Shown: piece after piece, positions 10,078 to 20,077 of the stretch
How the letters are laid out: each line of letters begins with the position of its first letter
Position numbering within the stretch: position 1 is the first letter of the stretch
Origin: Patescibacteria group bacterium
Lineage (GTDB): Bacteria; Patescibacteriota; Patescibacteriia; UBA11705; DATKZF01
DNA length: 64,000 nucleotides
NCBI GenBank assembly: GCA_049319825.1
Contig: JBMORT010000009.1
Span: forward strand, 67,349 to 131,348
Direction of reading: 5' to 3'
Notes under the pieces: generated by a model
What the model was told of the DNA's origin: nothing
Database searches by the model: none
Seen by the model: only the letters and a program-made list of their open reading frames with translations
Position numbers and translations under genes: made by a program

Positions 10078-10658
10078 ATGTCCAGCAAAATAGCTCAAAT
10101 CAAAAATTTAGTAAAAAATGAATGCGCCAGTCTCGGATTTATTGATGACTGGTTTTATAATGTGCATTTATTGGGAGTGGAAAAGTTCGCCAAAATATTA
10201 TTGAAAAAATGCCCAAGGCCGATAAAGAAATCGTTATGCTCGGAGTGTGGCTGCATGATCTGCAATATATTCATGGAATAAAGGGCGATCATGGCAAAGT
10301 CGGCGCGGCTGAAGCGGTGAAAGTAATGAAGCGATATAATTATCCTGCAAAAACCATTGAACAAGTAAAGGAGATAATTTTATCTCACAGCTGTGATACT
10401 GGCCCAATGCCGAAGACTTTGGAAGGTAAAATTTTGGCTTCAGCCGATGCCATGTCCCATTACATTAATGATTTTTATTTTGCCATTGCCGTTACCGGAG
10501 AGAGAGATTTGAAAACTTTCAAAAAGTGGGCGCTGAAAAAGCTTGATAAAGATTACAATAAAAAAATATTTTTCGGTTTTGCGAAAAAGATGATTGCCGG
10601 GCGGCATCAGACATTAATGGATGTTTTCAAAATGGGTAATTTTAAAAATCAACAATAA
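10078..10658 (+). pseudogene. HD-domain protein split by a frameshift at an A6 run (10204-10209)
   Basis: ORF 10078 supplies the first His (NVHLLGV); ORF 10209 supplies WLHD, HG, SH and ASADAMSH; one extra A would fuse them. Confidence 0.7.
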
Positions 10659-10671
10659 ATTTAAAAAAATT

Positions 10672-11157
10672 ATGACCGATCAAACCGTGAAATCAACCGG
10701 CTGCTGCGAGCCATTTAATCCCCAGCCGTGGCAGGAAAAAGAAATTGTCTGGAAAGACAAAATTTTCGTAAAAGATCATGTGACCAATATTTTTCACATT
10801 CCGATCAACATGGGGAAGAAAGTCGTTAAAAACATGAAATTGATTGAGAAAGCGGGCGCAAAAACTTCATATCAGCTGATGCTGGTGGATGAGAAATCGT
10901 CTTGGGGGTCGGATATATATATTGATGTGGCCAAAGACGTTCCCGGCGCCGAGATGTCCAAGCTTTCCGGCACGTTTTTAACCAAAGTTTTCGAAGGGCC
11001 TTATCAGAATGCCGGCCAGTGGGCGAAAGAAATGGAAAGCTATGTAAAAAGCAAAGGCAAAGAGTTGAAGAAAATATATTTTTCATATACGACCTGTCCC
11101 AAATGCGCCAAAGCGTACGGCAAGAATTACGTGATATTGTTCGCTCAAATCAGTTAA
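10672..11157 (+). CDS. conserved hypothetical protein, GyrI-like fold with CC and CPKC motifs
   Basis: TGCC.PF.P..W, TKVFEGPY, YTTCPKCAKAYGKNYV. Confidence 0.7.
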   Translation: MTDQTVKSTGCCEPFNPQPWQEKEIVWKDKIFVKDHVTNIFHIPINMGKKVVKNMKLIEKAGAKTSYQLMLVDEKSSWGSDIYIDVAKDVPGAEMSKLSGTFLTKVFEGPYQNAGQWAKEMESYVKSKGKELKKIYFSYTTCPKCAKAYGKNYVILFAQIS

Positions 11158-11166
11158 AGGATGCGT

Positions 11167-11405
11167 ATGTATCACCTTTGTATCCTCGAACGCGCTGATC
11201 GGACATTAAATACGGGCATTTTCATTGATTTGGAAAAAAGAATCAAGAGCATAATTCAATCGACCTTTGCGTCGAATACACGCGCGAACGCCGGCCAGTG
11301 AAATTGATTTTTTAAAAAAATTCCATGATCGATCGAGTGAGAGCCTCTAAAGAAGAGGCGGGGGTGAAGAAGATGTCGCGAGCGGAGAAGTTTAAGATGA
11401 TTTGA
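11167..11405 (+). pseudogene. decayed GIY-YIG nuclease (UPF0213/YhbQ-like)
   Basis: Translation across frameshifts and a stop: MYHLCILERADRTLNTGIFIDLEKRIK / EHNS...YTRERRPVKLIF* / RASKEEAGVKKMSRAEK. Confidence 0.75.
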
Positions 11406-11436
11406 AATAAAAACAATGTTATTTGATAAAATAATT

Positions 11437-12282
11437 ATGGATAATCAAGTCACTGCCACAAAAATCGCTTTATTCAAAGGTAAAGAGATAAGAAAGACGC
11501 TTTTCGAGAATGAATGGTGGTTTTCGGTTATAGATATCGTAGAAGCACTTACAGATAGCGTAAAACCACGTGTTTATTGGAATGCGATGAAAACAAGGGT
11601 AAAAAGCGATGATGGAATTGAGTTGTCTACAATTTGTAGACAACTGAAATTGGAATCCGCTGACGGAAAATGGTACGAAACCGACTGTGCCAATACTGAA
11701 GGCATTTTCCGCATAATTCAGTCGATTCCTTCCCCCAAAGCTGAACCGTTTAAGCGCTGGCTGGCAAAAGTCGGATATGAACGCGTTCAGGAAGTTGAAA
11801 ATCCGGAACTGGCCACCAAGCGCACCAGAATGCTCTATAAACTCAAAGGTTATTCCGATGACTGGATTGAAAAGAGAATGCGCGGCATCGCGATTAGAGA
11901 AGAGCTGACTGGCGAGTGGCGACAGCGAGGAGCGAGAGAGAAAAAAGATTATGAAATTCTTACCGCGGAAATTTCTCAAGCGACGTTTGGCATGACTCCA
12001 AATGAATATAAGAAGCTTAAAGGACTGGAAAGAGAAAATTTGCGGGATCACATGGATGATCTTGAGTTGATTTTCACGATGCTCGGAGAAAGGTCAACGA
12101 CGGAAATTCATCGCGCCAAAGATACGAAAGGAATAAAAAAATTAAAAGATGACGCCAAAGTCGGCGGGCAAATAGCGGGAAACGCGAGAAAAGAGCTGGA
12201 GAAAAAGATAAAAAGACCGATTTCCTCGAAAAACAATTATTTGGAAAAACCTGAAAATAAAAAATTATTATCGGACGCCTAA
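11437..12282 (+). CDS. Bro-N domain protein (antirepressor-like)
   Basis: EWWFSVIDIV..LTDS, QLKL.S.DGK, RIIQSIPSPKAEPFK.WLA, NLRDHM. Confidence 0.85.
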   Translation: MDNQVTATKIALFKGKEIRKTLFENEWWFSVIDIVEALTDSVKPRVYWNAMKTRVKSDDGIELSTICRQLKLESADGKWYETDCANTEGIFRIIQSIPSPKAEPFKRWLAKVGYERVQEVENPELATKRTRMLYKLKGYSDDWIEKRMRGIAIREELTGEWRQRGAREKKDYEILTAEISQATFGMTPNEYKKLKGLERENLRDHMDDLELIFTMLGERSTTEIHRAKDTKGIKKLKDDAKVGGQIAGNARKELEKKIKRPISSKNNYLEKPENKKLLSDA

Positions 12283-12292
12283 AATTTCAACT

Positions 12293-13912
12293 ATGCTGGA
12301 AAAGCAATTGGAAAAATATTTTAAATTTAATCAATTTCGTCCCGGCCAAAAAGAAATAATCGAAGCGATTTTAGCGGGCAAAGACGTAGTGGCCTTAATG
12401 CCCACGGGCGGCGGCAAATCCTTGTGCTATCAATTGCCCGCTATTTTACAGGATAAATTAACCATTATCATCTCGCCATTGATCGCGCTGATGAAAGATC
12501 AAGTGGACAGCCTGACCGTCAGAGGGATTCCCGCGGCGTTTATTAATAGTTCAATCTCTCAAGAGGAGATTCGCTCGCGAATGGAAAAAATTTTGGCTGG
12601 CGAGATAAAAATTTTATACGTGGCGCCGGAGCGACTTTCGCTCTTGCGATATAACGAATCTTTTTCAAAATTGAATATCAGTCTTTTGGCCGTGGACGAG
12701 GCGCACTGCGTTTCTTCGTGGGGGCATGATTTTCGCCCCGATTATTTACAAATTAAAGATTATATCAGCGACTTTGAATCGCGGCCGACGGTCGCGGCTT
12801 TTACAGCCACGGCCACGCCCGAGGTTCGGCAGGATATTATTGGCAGACTGGGTTTGATCGAGCCTGTCATTTTTACCAGAGGATTTGATCGGCCAAATCT
12901 GAAATTTTTCGTCCAGAAGGACATTAAGCCTGCGCAAAGAATGGACGAGGTTTTGAGATGGGTAAAATCAATTGAAGGCTCGGGCATCGTCTACGCGCTC
13001 ACCAGAAAAGAAACCGAAGCCATCGCCGACTATCTTGTTCGGCAAGGAATTGACGCTGTTGCTTATCACGCGGGCATGGGCAGTAACTGCCGGGAAGAAA
13101 TTCAAAATGAATTCATGGAAAATAAGCATAAAGTAATCGTGGCCACGATCGCCTTTGGCATGGGCGTGGACAAGGCCGATATTCGGTTTGTCATCCACGC
13201 GGGCATGCCGAGAAACATGGAAGGCTATTATCAAGAAGCCGGCCGAGCGGGCCGGGACGGCGAGATCGCTTATTGCGTGTTGCTGCACAGCAAAAAGGAC
13301 GTGTCCGTTCACAATCATTTCATTTTTTTGGACAGAAACGAAATGCTCAGTCAGGGAAAGAGCTGGGAAGAAATAAACAGATTGATTAACATTAAAAAAA
13401 ATAAATTGGAAAAAATGGCGGAGTACGCGACCGCGGATAAGTGCCGCCGGAAAATGATGCTTGAATATTTTGACGACCCGGCCGCCCGACAGTTGAATCA
13501 AAATTGCCAAGGCTGCGACGTTTGCCTTGATTGGAAAAGCGACAGTCAGCCGCTGGGGAGCGATAATTTTAAAAAGAATGAGGTTATTGGAACCTGTGGC
13601 GGACTAAGCGACACTGTGGCGCAAACAGTCAATTTGTACCGGCAAGATTATTCTATCGAGCAAATCGCCAAAGCTCGAACACTGGGCGAAAGCACCATTT
13701 TCGGCCACCTGATCAAATGGTATTTGGCCGGCGGAGACATTGACTTTGGCGAAATGATCTCGCGCGAAGAAGAAAAGCAAATCTTAACGGCCATGGCCGC
13801 GGCAGACGATTATCAGCGCTTGTCCGCGATCAAGCAGCATTTGCCCGAAGAGATTAGTTATGAAAAGATAAAATTGGTATTTGCTAAGATTAAACGGATT
13901 GATTTGCATTAA
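12293..13912 (+). CDS. recQ: RecQ-family DNA helicase with C-terminal HTH module
   Basis: MPTGGGKSLCYQ, DEAHC, WGHDFRPDY, QEAGRAGRDG, Zn-binding CRR...C..CD.C. Confidence 0.93.
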   Translation: MLEKQLEKYFKFNQFRPGQKEIIEAILAGKDVVALMPTGGGKSLCYQLPAILQDKLTIIISPLIALMKDQVDSLTVRGIPAAFINSSISQEEIRSRMEKILAGEIKILYVAPERLSLLRYNESFSKLNISLLAVDEAHCVSSWGHDFRPDYLQIKDYISDFESRPTVAAFTATATPEVRQDIIGRLGLIEPVIFTRGFDRPNLKFFVQKDIKPAQRMDEVLRWVKSIEGSGIVYALTRKETEAIADYLVRQGIDAVAYHAGMGSNCREEIQNEFMENKHKVIVATIAFGMGVDKADIRFVIHAGMPRNMEGYYQEAGRAGRDGEIAYCVLLHSKKDVSVHNHFIFLDRNEMLSQGKSWEEINRLINIKKNKLEKMAEYATADKCRRKMMLEYFDDPAARQLNQNCQGCDVCLDWKSDSQPLGSDNFKKNEVIGTCGGLSDTVAQTVNLYRQDYSIEQIAKARTLGESTIFGHLIKWYLAGGDIDFGEMISREEEKQILTAMAAADDYQRLSAIKQHLPEEISYEKIKLVFAKIKRIDLH

Positions 13913-14057
13913 TGAATGAGGTTCGATTTTTTGAAAACGAAAAAAAATTCAAAGAAGCGGCCTTAAGCCGCTTTTTGACATTTCAGGAGGGATATTATAA
14001 ATTATTTTGCTGAATAGCAAAACGCAATCAAGGAAACCAATCGAAAAGGAGAGGGAA

Positions 14058-14669
14058 ATGCCTGATATTTTCGCAATTGCCGGCAAGGCGGCAGGTATCA
14101 TTTCTTTCATCGCTTTCATCCCGTATATCGTGTCGATTTTGCGAAAAAAGACAGTGCCTAATCGCGCGTCCTGGTGGATTTGGGCGATTGTCGGATTTAT
14201 GCTGGCCGGCAGCTACTATTCATCCGGAGCCGAGCATACAATTTGGGTGCCGGTGAGCTATGCGGTCGGCCCGTTAATCACTGCCATTCTTTCAATCAAG
14301 TATGGCGAAGGGGGATGGACTGTATTTGACAGGTGGTGCGTAACAGGAGCGGTCGTGAGTTTGATACCATGGTTTTTGTTCAACTCGCCGCTGATTGCAC
14401 TGCTGATTAACTTGTTCATTGATTTTTTGGGCGCTCTGCCCACAATTCGCAAAGCTTACCGCAAACCGGAAGACGAAGACCGCCTCGCCTGGATTCTATT
14501 TTTCACTGGCAATACGATTAACATGCTGTCTGTGGGAAGATTGGATTTTGCCATTGTTGTTTACCCCGTTTATATGTTTCTCGCCAGCGGTTTGATAACT
14601 GCATTTTTATTTTTCCGGCCTCGGGAAAAAGAGCTCTCAAATGATGTTAAAAGTAACTCGATAACGTAA
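14058..14669 (+). CDS. multi-pass membrane protein (PQ-loop-like)
   Basis: Hydrophobic helices, PY...I...T.P....W and PT..K....P repeats; AAGGAGAGG SD. Confidence 0.7.
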   Translation: MPDIFAIAGKAAGIISFIAFIPYIVSILRKKTVPNRASWWIWAIVGFMLAGSYYSSGAEHTIWVPVSYAVGPLITAILSIKYGEGGWTVFDRWCVTGAVVSLIPWFLFNSPLIALLINLFIDFLGALPTIRKAYRKPEDEDRLAWILFFTGNTINMLSVGRLDFAIVVYPVYMFLASGLITAFLFFRPREKELSNDVKSNSIT

Positions 14670-14836
14670 AATTGAAACATTGATCCCTGAGCAATCTCAG
14701 GGATTTTTTAATAAAGTTATTGACAAACTTTTTCAAATATCCTATAATTTAACAATCGAATATTTTATTCGCCAATTTAAGCGAATTTTTTATTTCATTT
14801 TTAACTTTCCATTTACTTATAGCAATTCAATATTTT

Positions 14837-16657
14837 ATGAATAATATCCGAAATGTCGCCATCATCGCCCACGTTGACCATGGCAAAACCACTCTTGTTG
14901 ATGCCTTGCTGCGTCAGGCGAAAGTCAAGCTGAGCAAGGAAATTGCGGCGGCTGATTTGATAATGGACAGCAATGATTTGGAAAAAGAGCGCGGCATTAC
15001 CATCTTTTCAAAGAACGCTTCAGTGAATTGGAATGGCACGAAGATCAATATCATTGACACGCCCGGACACGCGGACTTTGGCGGGGAAGTCGAACGCGTG
15101 CTCAATATGGCCGACGGCTGTTTGCTGTTGGTTGATGCTAAAGAAGGACCAATGCCGCAAACGCGTTTTGTGCTGAAAAAAGCTTTGGCCATGAAGCATA
15201 AAATAATTGTGGTTATAAATAAAATCGATAAACCGGATGCTCGGCCGGCTTATGTGCTGGATAAAACAATGGATTTGTTCATCGAGTTGGGAGCCGATGA
15301 TCAGGCGCTGGATTTCCCGGTCGTTTACGCTGCAGCGAAAAAAGGTCTGGCCGGCGCCCAGCCTGATTTGAAGGCCATGAAGGACATCGTGCCAATTTTC
15401 GAGGCGATCTTGAAAAACATTTCCGCGCCTGAAGGCGATGTTCAAAAACCTCTTCAAATATTAGTTTCCAATATCATCGGCGATAATTTTAAAGGCCGCA
15501 TCGCTATCGGCCGCGTCCATAACGGAGTAGTGAAGGCCGGCCAAGACATCATGCATATAAATCGTCAAGGTGAAATGAAAAAAAACCGTCTGGTGTCATT
15601 AATGACTTTTGATGGTCTATCGAGAAAGGAAGTTGATCAAGTCAGCGCCGGCGATATTGTGGCCGTGGCCGGTATTCCGGAAATCACTATCGGCGAGACT
15701 TTGGCCGACACCGCCAACCCGATAGCGTTGCCGGTTTTAAGCATTGATCAGCCGACGGTTAAAATGACTTTTATGGTCAATGATTCTCCATTTGCCGGCC
15801 AAGAAGGGCAGTATACCACGTCGCGGCAAGTGCGTGAGCGATTATATAAAGAACTGGAAAACGACATGGCGCTGAAGGTCGAAGATACCGATGACGGTAA
15901 ATGGACGGTTTCGGGCCGGGGCGAGCTTCATTTGTCAATTTTGATTGAAAGAATGCGGCGCGAAGGTTATGAATTTCAAGTATCACGGCCCCAAGTGATC
16001 AATAAAAAAGCGGATGGGAAAACATTGACTCCATTTGACCGTTTGTTTATCGAAGTCCCGGAAGCGCATTACGGATTGGTCGTTCAGAAATTAAACAGTA
16101 GAAAGGGCGAGCTCAAAGACATGAAAGTGATTGACGGCGTCGCTCACATCGAATACATCATCCCAACCAGAAGCTTATTCGGCTATCGCACCGAATTTTT
16201 AACCGATACGCGAGGCTTGGGCATCATTAATACCTCTTTTTACGATTATTTGCCCGACCCGGGAAATTGGAAGGAGCGGGAGCAGGGATCACTAGTCGCA
16301 CACGAAACCGGCACCACCAATCTTTACGGATTGGTGAATGTTCAATCGCGCGGGGTTTTGTTTTTTGGCCCCGGCGTCCCTGTTTATATGGGGCAGGTCG
16401 TCGGCCAGAATTCTCGTGGCGACGATATCCGAGTGAATGTCTGTAAGACCAAGCAACTGACCAACATGCGCTCAAAAGGAGACGGTCCGATGGAGCATTT
16501 TAACGTGCCGAAGGAAATGAGTCTGGAAGCGGCGATTGAATACATCGGCGATGACGAATTGGTGGAAGTGACGCCTGAAAACATCAGAATCAGAAAAATT
16601 TATCTCGACGAGCTGACCGCTAAAAGAGCAAGGTTTGCGGAAAAAGCGGAAGCTTGA
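14837..16657 (+). CDS. typA: translational GTPase TypA/BipA
   Basis: AHVDHGKTT, DTPGHADFGGEVER, NKID, GRGELHL, KQLTNMRS. Confidence 0.97.
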   Translation: MNNIRNVAIIAHVDHGKTTLVDALLRQAKVKLSKEIAAADLIMDSNDLEKERGITIFSKNASVNWNGTKINIIDTPGHADFGGEVERVLNMADGCLLLVDAKEGPMPQTRFVLKKALAMKHKIIVVINKIDKPDARPAYVLDKTMDLFIELGADDQALDFPVVYAAAKKGLAGAQPDLKAMKDIVPIFEAILKNISAPEGDVQKPLQILVSNIIGDNFKGRIAIGRVHNGVVKAGQDIMHINRQGEMKKNRLVSLMTFDGLSRKEVDQVSAGDIVAVAGIPEITIGETLADTANPIALPVLSIDQPTVKMTFMVNDSPFAGQEGQYTTSRQVRERLYKELENDMALKVEDTDDGKWTVSGRGELHLSILIERMRREGYEFQVSRPQVINKKADGKTLTPFDRLFIEVPEAHYGLVVQKLNSRKGELKDMKVIDGVAHIEYIIPTRSLFGYRTEFLTDTRGLGIINTSFYDYLPDPGNWKEREQGSLVAHETGTTNLYGLVNVQSRGVLFFGPGVPVYMGQVVGQNSRGDDIRVNVCKTKQLTNMRSKGDGPMEHFNVPKEMSLEAAIEYIGDDELVEVTPENIRIRKIYLDELTAKRARFAEKAEA

Positions 16658-16690
16658 AGTACGTAGCACATAGCATGGAACATGGAGCAA

Positions 16691-16760
16691 AAATAACGCT
16701 ATCATAACGCAGAATAACGCATATATAAAGCCATATAACGCCCATTCCGGGCGTTTTATT
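16691..16760. repeat. degenerate TAACGC tandem repeats ending in a hairpin
   Basis: aataacgc-tatc-ataacgc-aga-ataacgc...gccatataacgccc-attcc-gggcgtt; same motif flanks the four-helix gene at 56.3-56.8 kb. Confidence 0.6.
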
Positions 16761-16815
16761 TTAGACAAAAACCGTTGATTTTAGTATAATAATTTTATAA
16801 ATAGCCCCTAATATT

Positions 16816-17526
16816 ATGAGGAAAATTATTGGAATTTTCTTGGTTTTCTTTATCGGTTTTTATTTTGCAGCATCAGCCAGCGCTCATCAGCCGAGAATTG
16901 CTGAGGAGGAAGTAATATACGTAGAAAATCCGGAGGTTTCGCAGGCTTTTTACGGAGAGCTTAACGGCGCTCCGGAAATTTACATTATCGATTCAGATCG
17001 GAACTTTCGATTATACGTCGGCATACTTTCTCCTGATATACCCGGAGCGGATAAAGATTTTTCAGTGCGAGTAGCCGAACAGGATACGGATCAGCCGTTT
17101 GAATATCTTTTGGACGCGTCAAAATCGGATTGGGAACTGTTTCACGAGGAATTCGCCAAAGACGATTATTTCAACGGCCCTGAATTAAAAGACACTTCAT
17201 ACGAAGGCGAATTGCCCCGCGGCGTGGAAGTTGGCGCCGGCAAATATCAGCTGACTGTGTTCAGTCCTGATAATTCGGGCAAGTATGTTTTGGTTGTTGG
17301 CGAAAAAGAAGAGTTTCCGCCAAAGGAAATTTGGAACACATTTAAGGTATTACCAAAACTGAAAAAAGATTTTTGGGGTAAAAGCTATCTGAGCGCGTTT
17401 TGGAATCTGATCGGATTATTTTTCCTGATCGCGATTGTGATTGCCGTTGTTATCGTATTATTATTGATTTGGATAACAAAAAAAGTTGTTAAAAGATATG
17501 GCAAAAGTCGAGCCAGGCGTTTATAA
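16816..17526 (+). CDS. exported protein with C-terminal membrane anchor
   Basis: Signal peptide ending ASA-HQPR, C-terminal TM helix. Confidence 0.7.
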   Translation: MRKIIGIFLVFFIGFYFAASASAHQPRIAEEEVIYVENPEVSQAFYGELNGAPEIYIIDSDRNFRLYVGILSPDIPGADKDFSVRVAEQDTDQPFEYLLDASKSDWELFHEEFAKDDYFNGPELKDTSYEGELPRGVEVGAGKYQLTVFSPDNSGKYVLVVGEKEEFPPKEIWNTFKVLPKLKKDFWGKSYLSAFWNLIGLFFLIAIVIAVVIVLLLIWITKKVVKRYGKSRARRL

Positions 17527-17740
17527 ACATTTCAAAGGCAAGGAATACGAAGTCATCGGCACTGCCCGCGACAGCGAAACGCTGGCTGAGTTAGTAGTTT
17601 ACCGCGCGCTTTACGATTCGCCGGAATTCGGCCCGAACGCGCTCTGGGTCAGGCCCGTGAAGGAGTTTTTTGATGAGGTGGAGGTGGACGGGGAAAAGAT
17701 CCGCCGTTTCGAAAAAATCAATATCACGAAAGTTTTATGA
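17498..17740 (+). CDS. DUF1653 family protein
   Basis: G.YKHFKG..YEV, SET...VVYRALY, WVRP, RF. Confidence 0.85.
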   Translation: MAKVEPGVYKHFKGKEYEVIGTARDSETLAELVVYRALYDSPEFGPNALWVRPVKEFFDEVEVDGEKIRRFEKINITKVL

Positions 17741-18468
17741 CTCGCCAGGAATTTTATAGGAAAAAATATAAGAAGATAAATCCGGAATGGCAGGATAGCC
17801 TGACGCTCTACAAAGAAATTATTGATAAGTATGTTAATCAGGAAACCAGAATTTTGGACATTGGCTGCGGTCATGGCGATTATTTAAAAGATGTTTATAG
17901 CAAAACGAGCTATACTTATGGCATTGATCCAGATCGCAGCGCTCTTTCTAAAAATTCAATAATAAAGAATAAATTTTGTTTCGAGGCCGAGACCTTGTCC
18001 TTTTGCGATAATTTCTTTGATTTAGTTGTCAATGCCTGGGTGATGGAACATCTTATAAATCCATATCCAGTGTTCAAGGAGATTTTTCGGGTATTAAAGC
18101 CTTCTGGCAAGCTGATTTTTTTGACGCCCAACAGTCTTAATTATAATATTTGGATCATCAGAGCCGTGCCTCAAAAATTTCATCATTTTTTCACGCACAA
18201 GCTCTACGATCGGCAGGAACATGACACTTTTTCCAAGTATTATAAGGTGAATTCAATGAAAAAAATTGATAAAATGTTGCTGCCGCTTGGTTTTAATAAG
18301 ATTCAATTTATTTGTAATGGCGATCCCACCTACATCAGTTTCAATAATTTATTTTTCAAGATTGCGGTTTGGATAGAAAATATTATAAATAATAAATTTC
18401 CAGATGCCAAAGTGCATTTAATCGGTATATATGAAAAATCTTCAAAAATTATTTCAAAACTCAGTTAA
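17737..18468 (+). CDS. class I SAM-dependent methyltransferase
   Basis: ILDIGCGHG, FDLV, VMEH, RVLKPSG. Confidence 0.85.
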   Translation: MTRQEFYRKKYKKINPEWQDSLTLYKEIIDKYVNQETRILDIGCGHGDYLKDVYSKTSYTYGIDPDRSALSKNSIIKNKFCFEAETLSFCDNFFDLVVNAWVMEHLINPYPVFKEIFRVLKPSGKLIFLTPNSLNYNIWIIRAVPQKFHHFFTHKLYDRQEHDTFSKYYKVNSMKKIDKMLLPLGFNKIQFICNGDPTYISFNNLFFKIAVWIENIINNKFPDAKVHLIGIYEKSSKIISKLS

Positions 18469-19132
18469 TTTTTTGAAAACAAAAAACAAAATTTTATTTT
18501 TGACCACGTCCAATCGTTGGTTTGGAGAAAAAGGAGGCGAGCAGCCGAAGAGCACTCGTTTGGCGGAAAAAATTGCTGAGCATGTGGGCGGAGATAAAGT
18601 TGAAATCGTTGACGTTTCCAAATTGAAAATTTATCCCTGCGAAGGCAATGTTTCGACCAATGCCGGCAATAATTGCGGGCCCAAAGGCGCGGTACTGAAA
18701 GACCATGAGAAAAATCCCAGCGGCCACCATCGCTGCTGGGCGAGTATCAATAATCCTGACGATGAATTATGGAAAGTTTCCAAGCCGCTGCTCGAGAGCG
18801 ACTGCGTTGTATTTTTCGGATCAATTCGCTGGAGCCAGATGAATTCGATTTATCAGAGATTAATTGAGCGATTAACTTGGCTCGAGAACAGGCGGTCGAC
18901 TTTGGGTGAAGAAGATTTGCTCGGCAAAATTGATGCCGGAATCATTATCCTTGGCCACAATTGGAATGTTGATAAAGTCCTTAAAATTCAGAAGGACGTT
19001 ATATCATACTATGGATTCAAAGTTCAGCGAGACATTTGCTGGGGCTGGCAGTTCACCAAAGACGACCATGATGAGAGCGCTGACACTTACAAAAAAGCGG
19101 CTGATTATTTTAATGAATTTTTAAATCAATAA
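18431..19132 (+). CDS. flavodoxin-like NADPH-dependent FMN reductase / iron-sulfur flavoprotein-like
   Basis: TTSNR, I.PCEGNVS, C...HRCW, DDEL, D.VVF..SIRW. Confidence 0.65.
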   Translation: MKNLQKLFQNSVNFLKTKNKILFLTTSNRWFGEKGGEQPKSTRLAEKIAEHVGGDKVEIVDVSKLKIYPCEGNVSTNAGNNCGPKGAVLKDHEKNPSGHHRCWASINNPDDELWKVSKPLLESDCVVFFGSIRWSQMNSIYQRLIERLTWLENRRSTLGEEDLLGKIDAGIIILGHNWNVDKVLKIQKDVISYYGFKVQRDICWGWQFTKDDHDESADTYKKAADYFNEFLNQ

Positions 19133-19134
19133 TT

Positions 19135-19539
19135 ATGCAGGAAGTTTTTTGTGCCATTACAGCTGTAATTAAAGACGATGACAAGTTTTTAATTATAAAA
19201 AAGAGTTGGACAAATTTGTGGAGTATTCCGGGAGGCAAGATTGAATATGGTGAAAATCCCTTTAACACGCTTCATCGAGAAATAAAAGAAGAAGTGGGTC
19301 TTGCGGTCAGGATTATTAAACCAATTGGCATTTGGTGGTTTTTCCGCGTCATTGATGATAAGCAAGTGGTTTGTTTTACCTATTTATGCGAGCCGGAAAA
19401 TGAAGATGTTGATATTTCAAAAAATCCGGGCAAAGATAATATTACTGAATTCAAATGGGTGACCAAAGATGAGTTTTTACAAAATAATGAATACACGCCG
19501 GATCATGAAAGTTTAAGGGAATTAATTAAAAATTTATAA
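19135..19539 (+). CDS. NUDIX hydrolase
   Basis: Nudix box GGKIEYGENPFNTLHREIKEEVG. Confidence 0.9.
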   Translation: MQEVFCAITAVIKDDDKFLIIKKSWTNLWSIPGGKIEYGENPFNTLHREIKEEVGLAVRIIKPIGIWWFFRVIDDKQVVCFTYLCEPENEDVDISKNPGKDNITEFKWVTKDEFLQNNEYTPDHESLRELIKNL

Positions 19540-19573
19540 TGCTTGAAGCGCAAAATAAATTTTTGAATTATTT

Positions 19574-20074
19574 ATGAAGAATACTTGCTTGATAATCAGA
19601 GGTCCGGCAGGAGTGGGCAAAACTACTTTGGCCAAAAGCCTGCAGAAAGATTTTGATTTTGAATATATCAATTGCGATCAGCTTCGAAGAAAAATATTTG
19701 GAGACGACAAATGGCAAAAAGAATATAAAATTCAAGCGATGCAACACGCCGCTGAGCAGGCGAGTGATTTATTGAATCAAGGTAAGAATGTCATAATTGA
19801 CGATGTGTTTGAATACCCGCAGCAAATTGAAATAATAAAAAAACAATTGCCCATTGCGAAATGGGTAACATTGGAAGGGACAGAGGAGCTTTGCATTAAA
19901 AGAGATATTGGCCGAAAAGAAGGCGAAGACGAGCGCGGATATTGCGGCGAGGAAGCGATCAGATATTTGTATAAACATTATTTGAAAGAACCAATTGAAG
20001 GAGAAATCAAAGTCCAAACCGCGGAAAAAACTTCGAGAGAGGTATCTGAAGAAGTAAAGAAGAAACTGATATGA
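19574..20074 (+). CDS. P-loop nucleotide kinase-like protein (AAA_33 type)
   Basis: GPAGVGKTT, D.LR, VIID, C..R...R lid. Confidence 0.8.
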   Translation: MKNTCLIIRGPAGVGKTTLAKSLQKDFDFEYINCDQLRRKIFGDDKWQKEYKIQAMQHAAEQASDLLNQGKNVIIDDVFEYPQQIEIIKKQLPIAKWVTLEGTEELCIKRDIGRKEGEDERGYCGEEAIRYLYKHYLKEPIEGEIKVQTAEKTSREVSEEVKKKLI

Positions 20075-20077
20075 TCT

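Noticed and set aside
11437-12282. Prophage at tRNA-Ser suggested by the Bro-N gene
   Set aside because: No integrase, structural genes or tRNA-end duplication found
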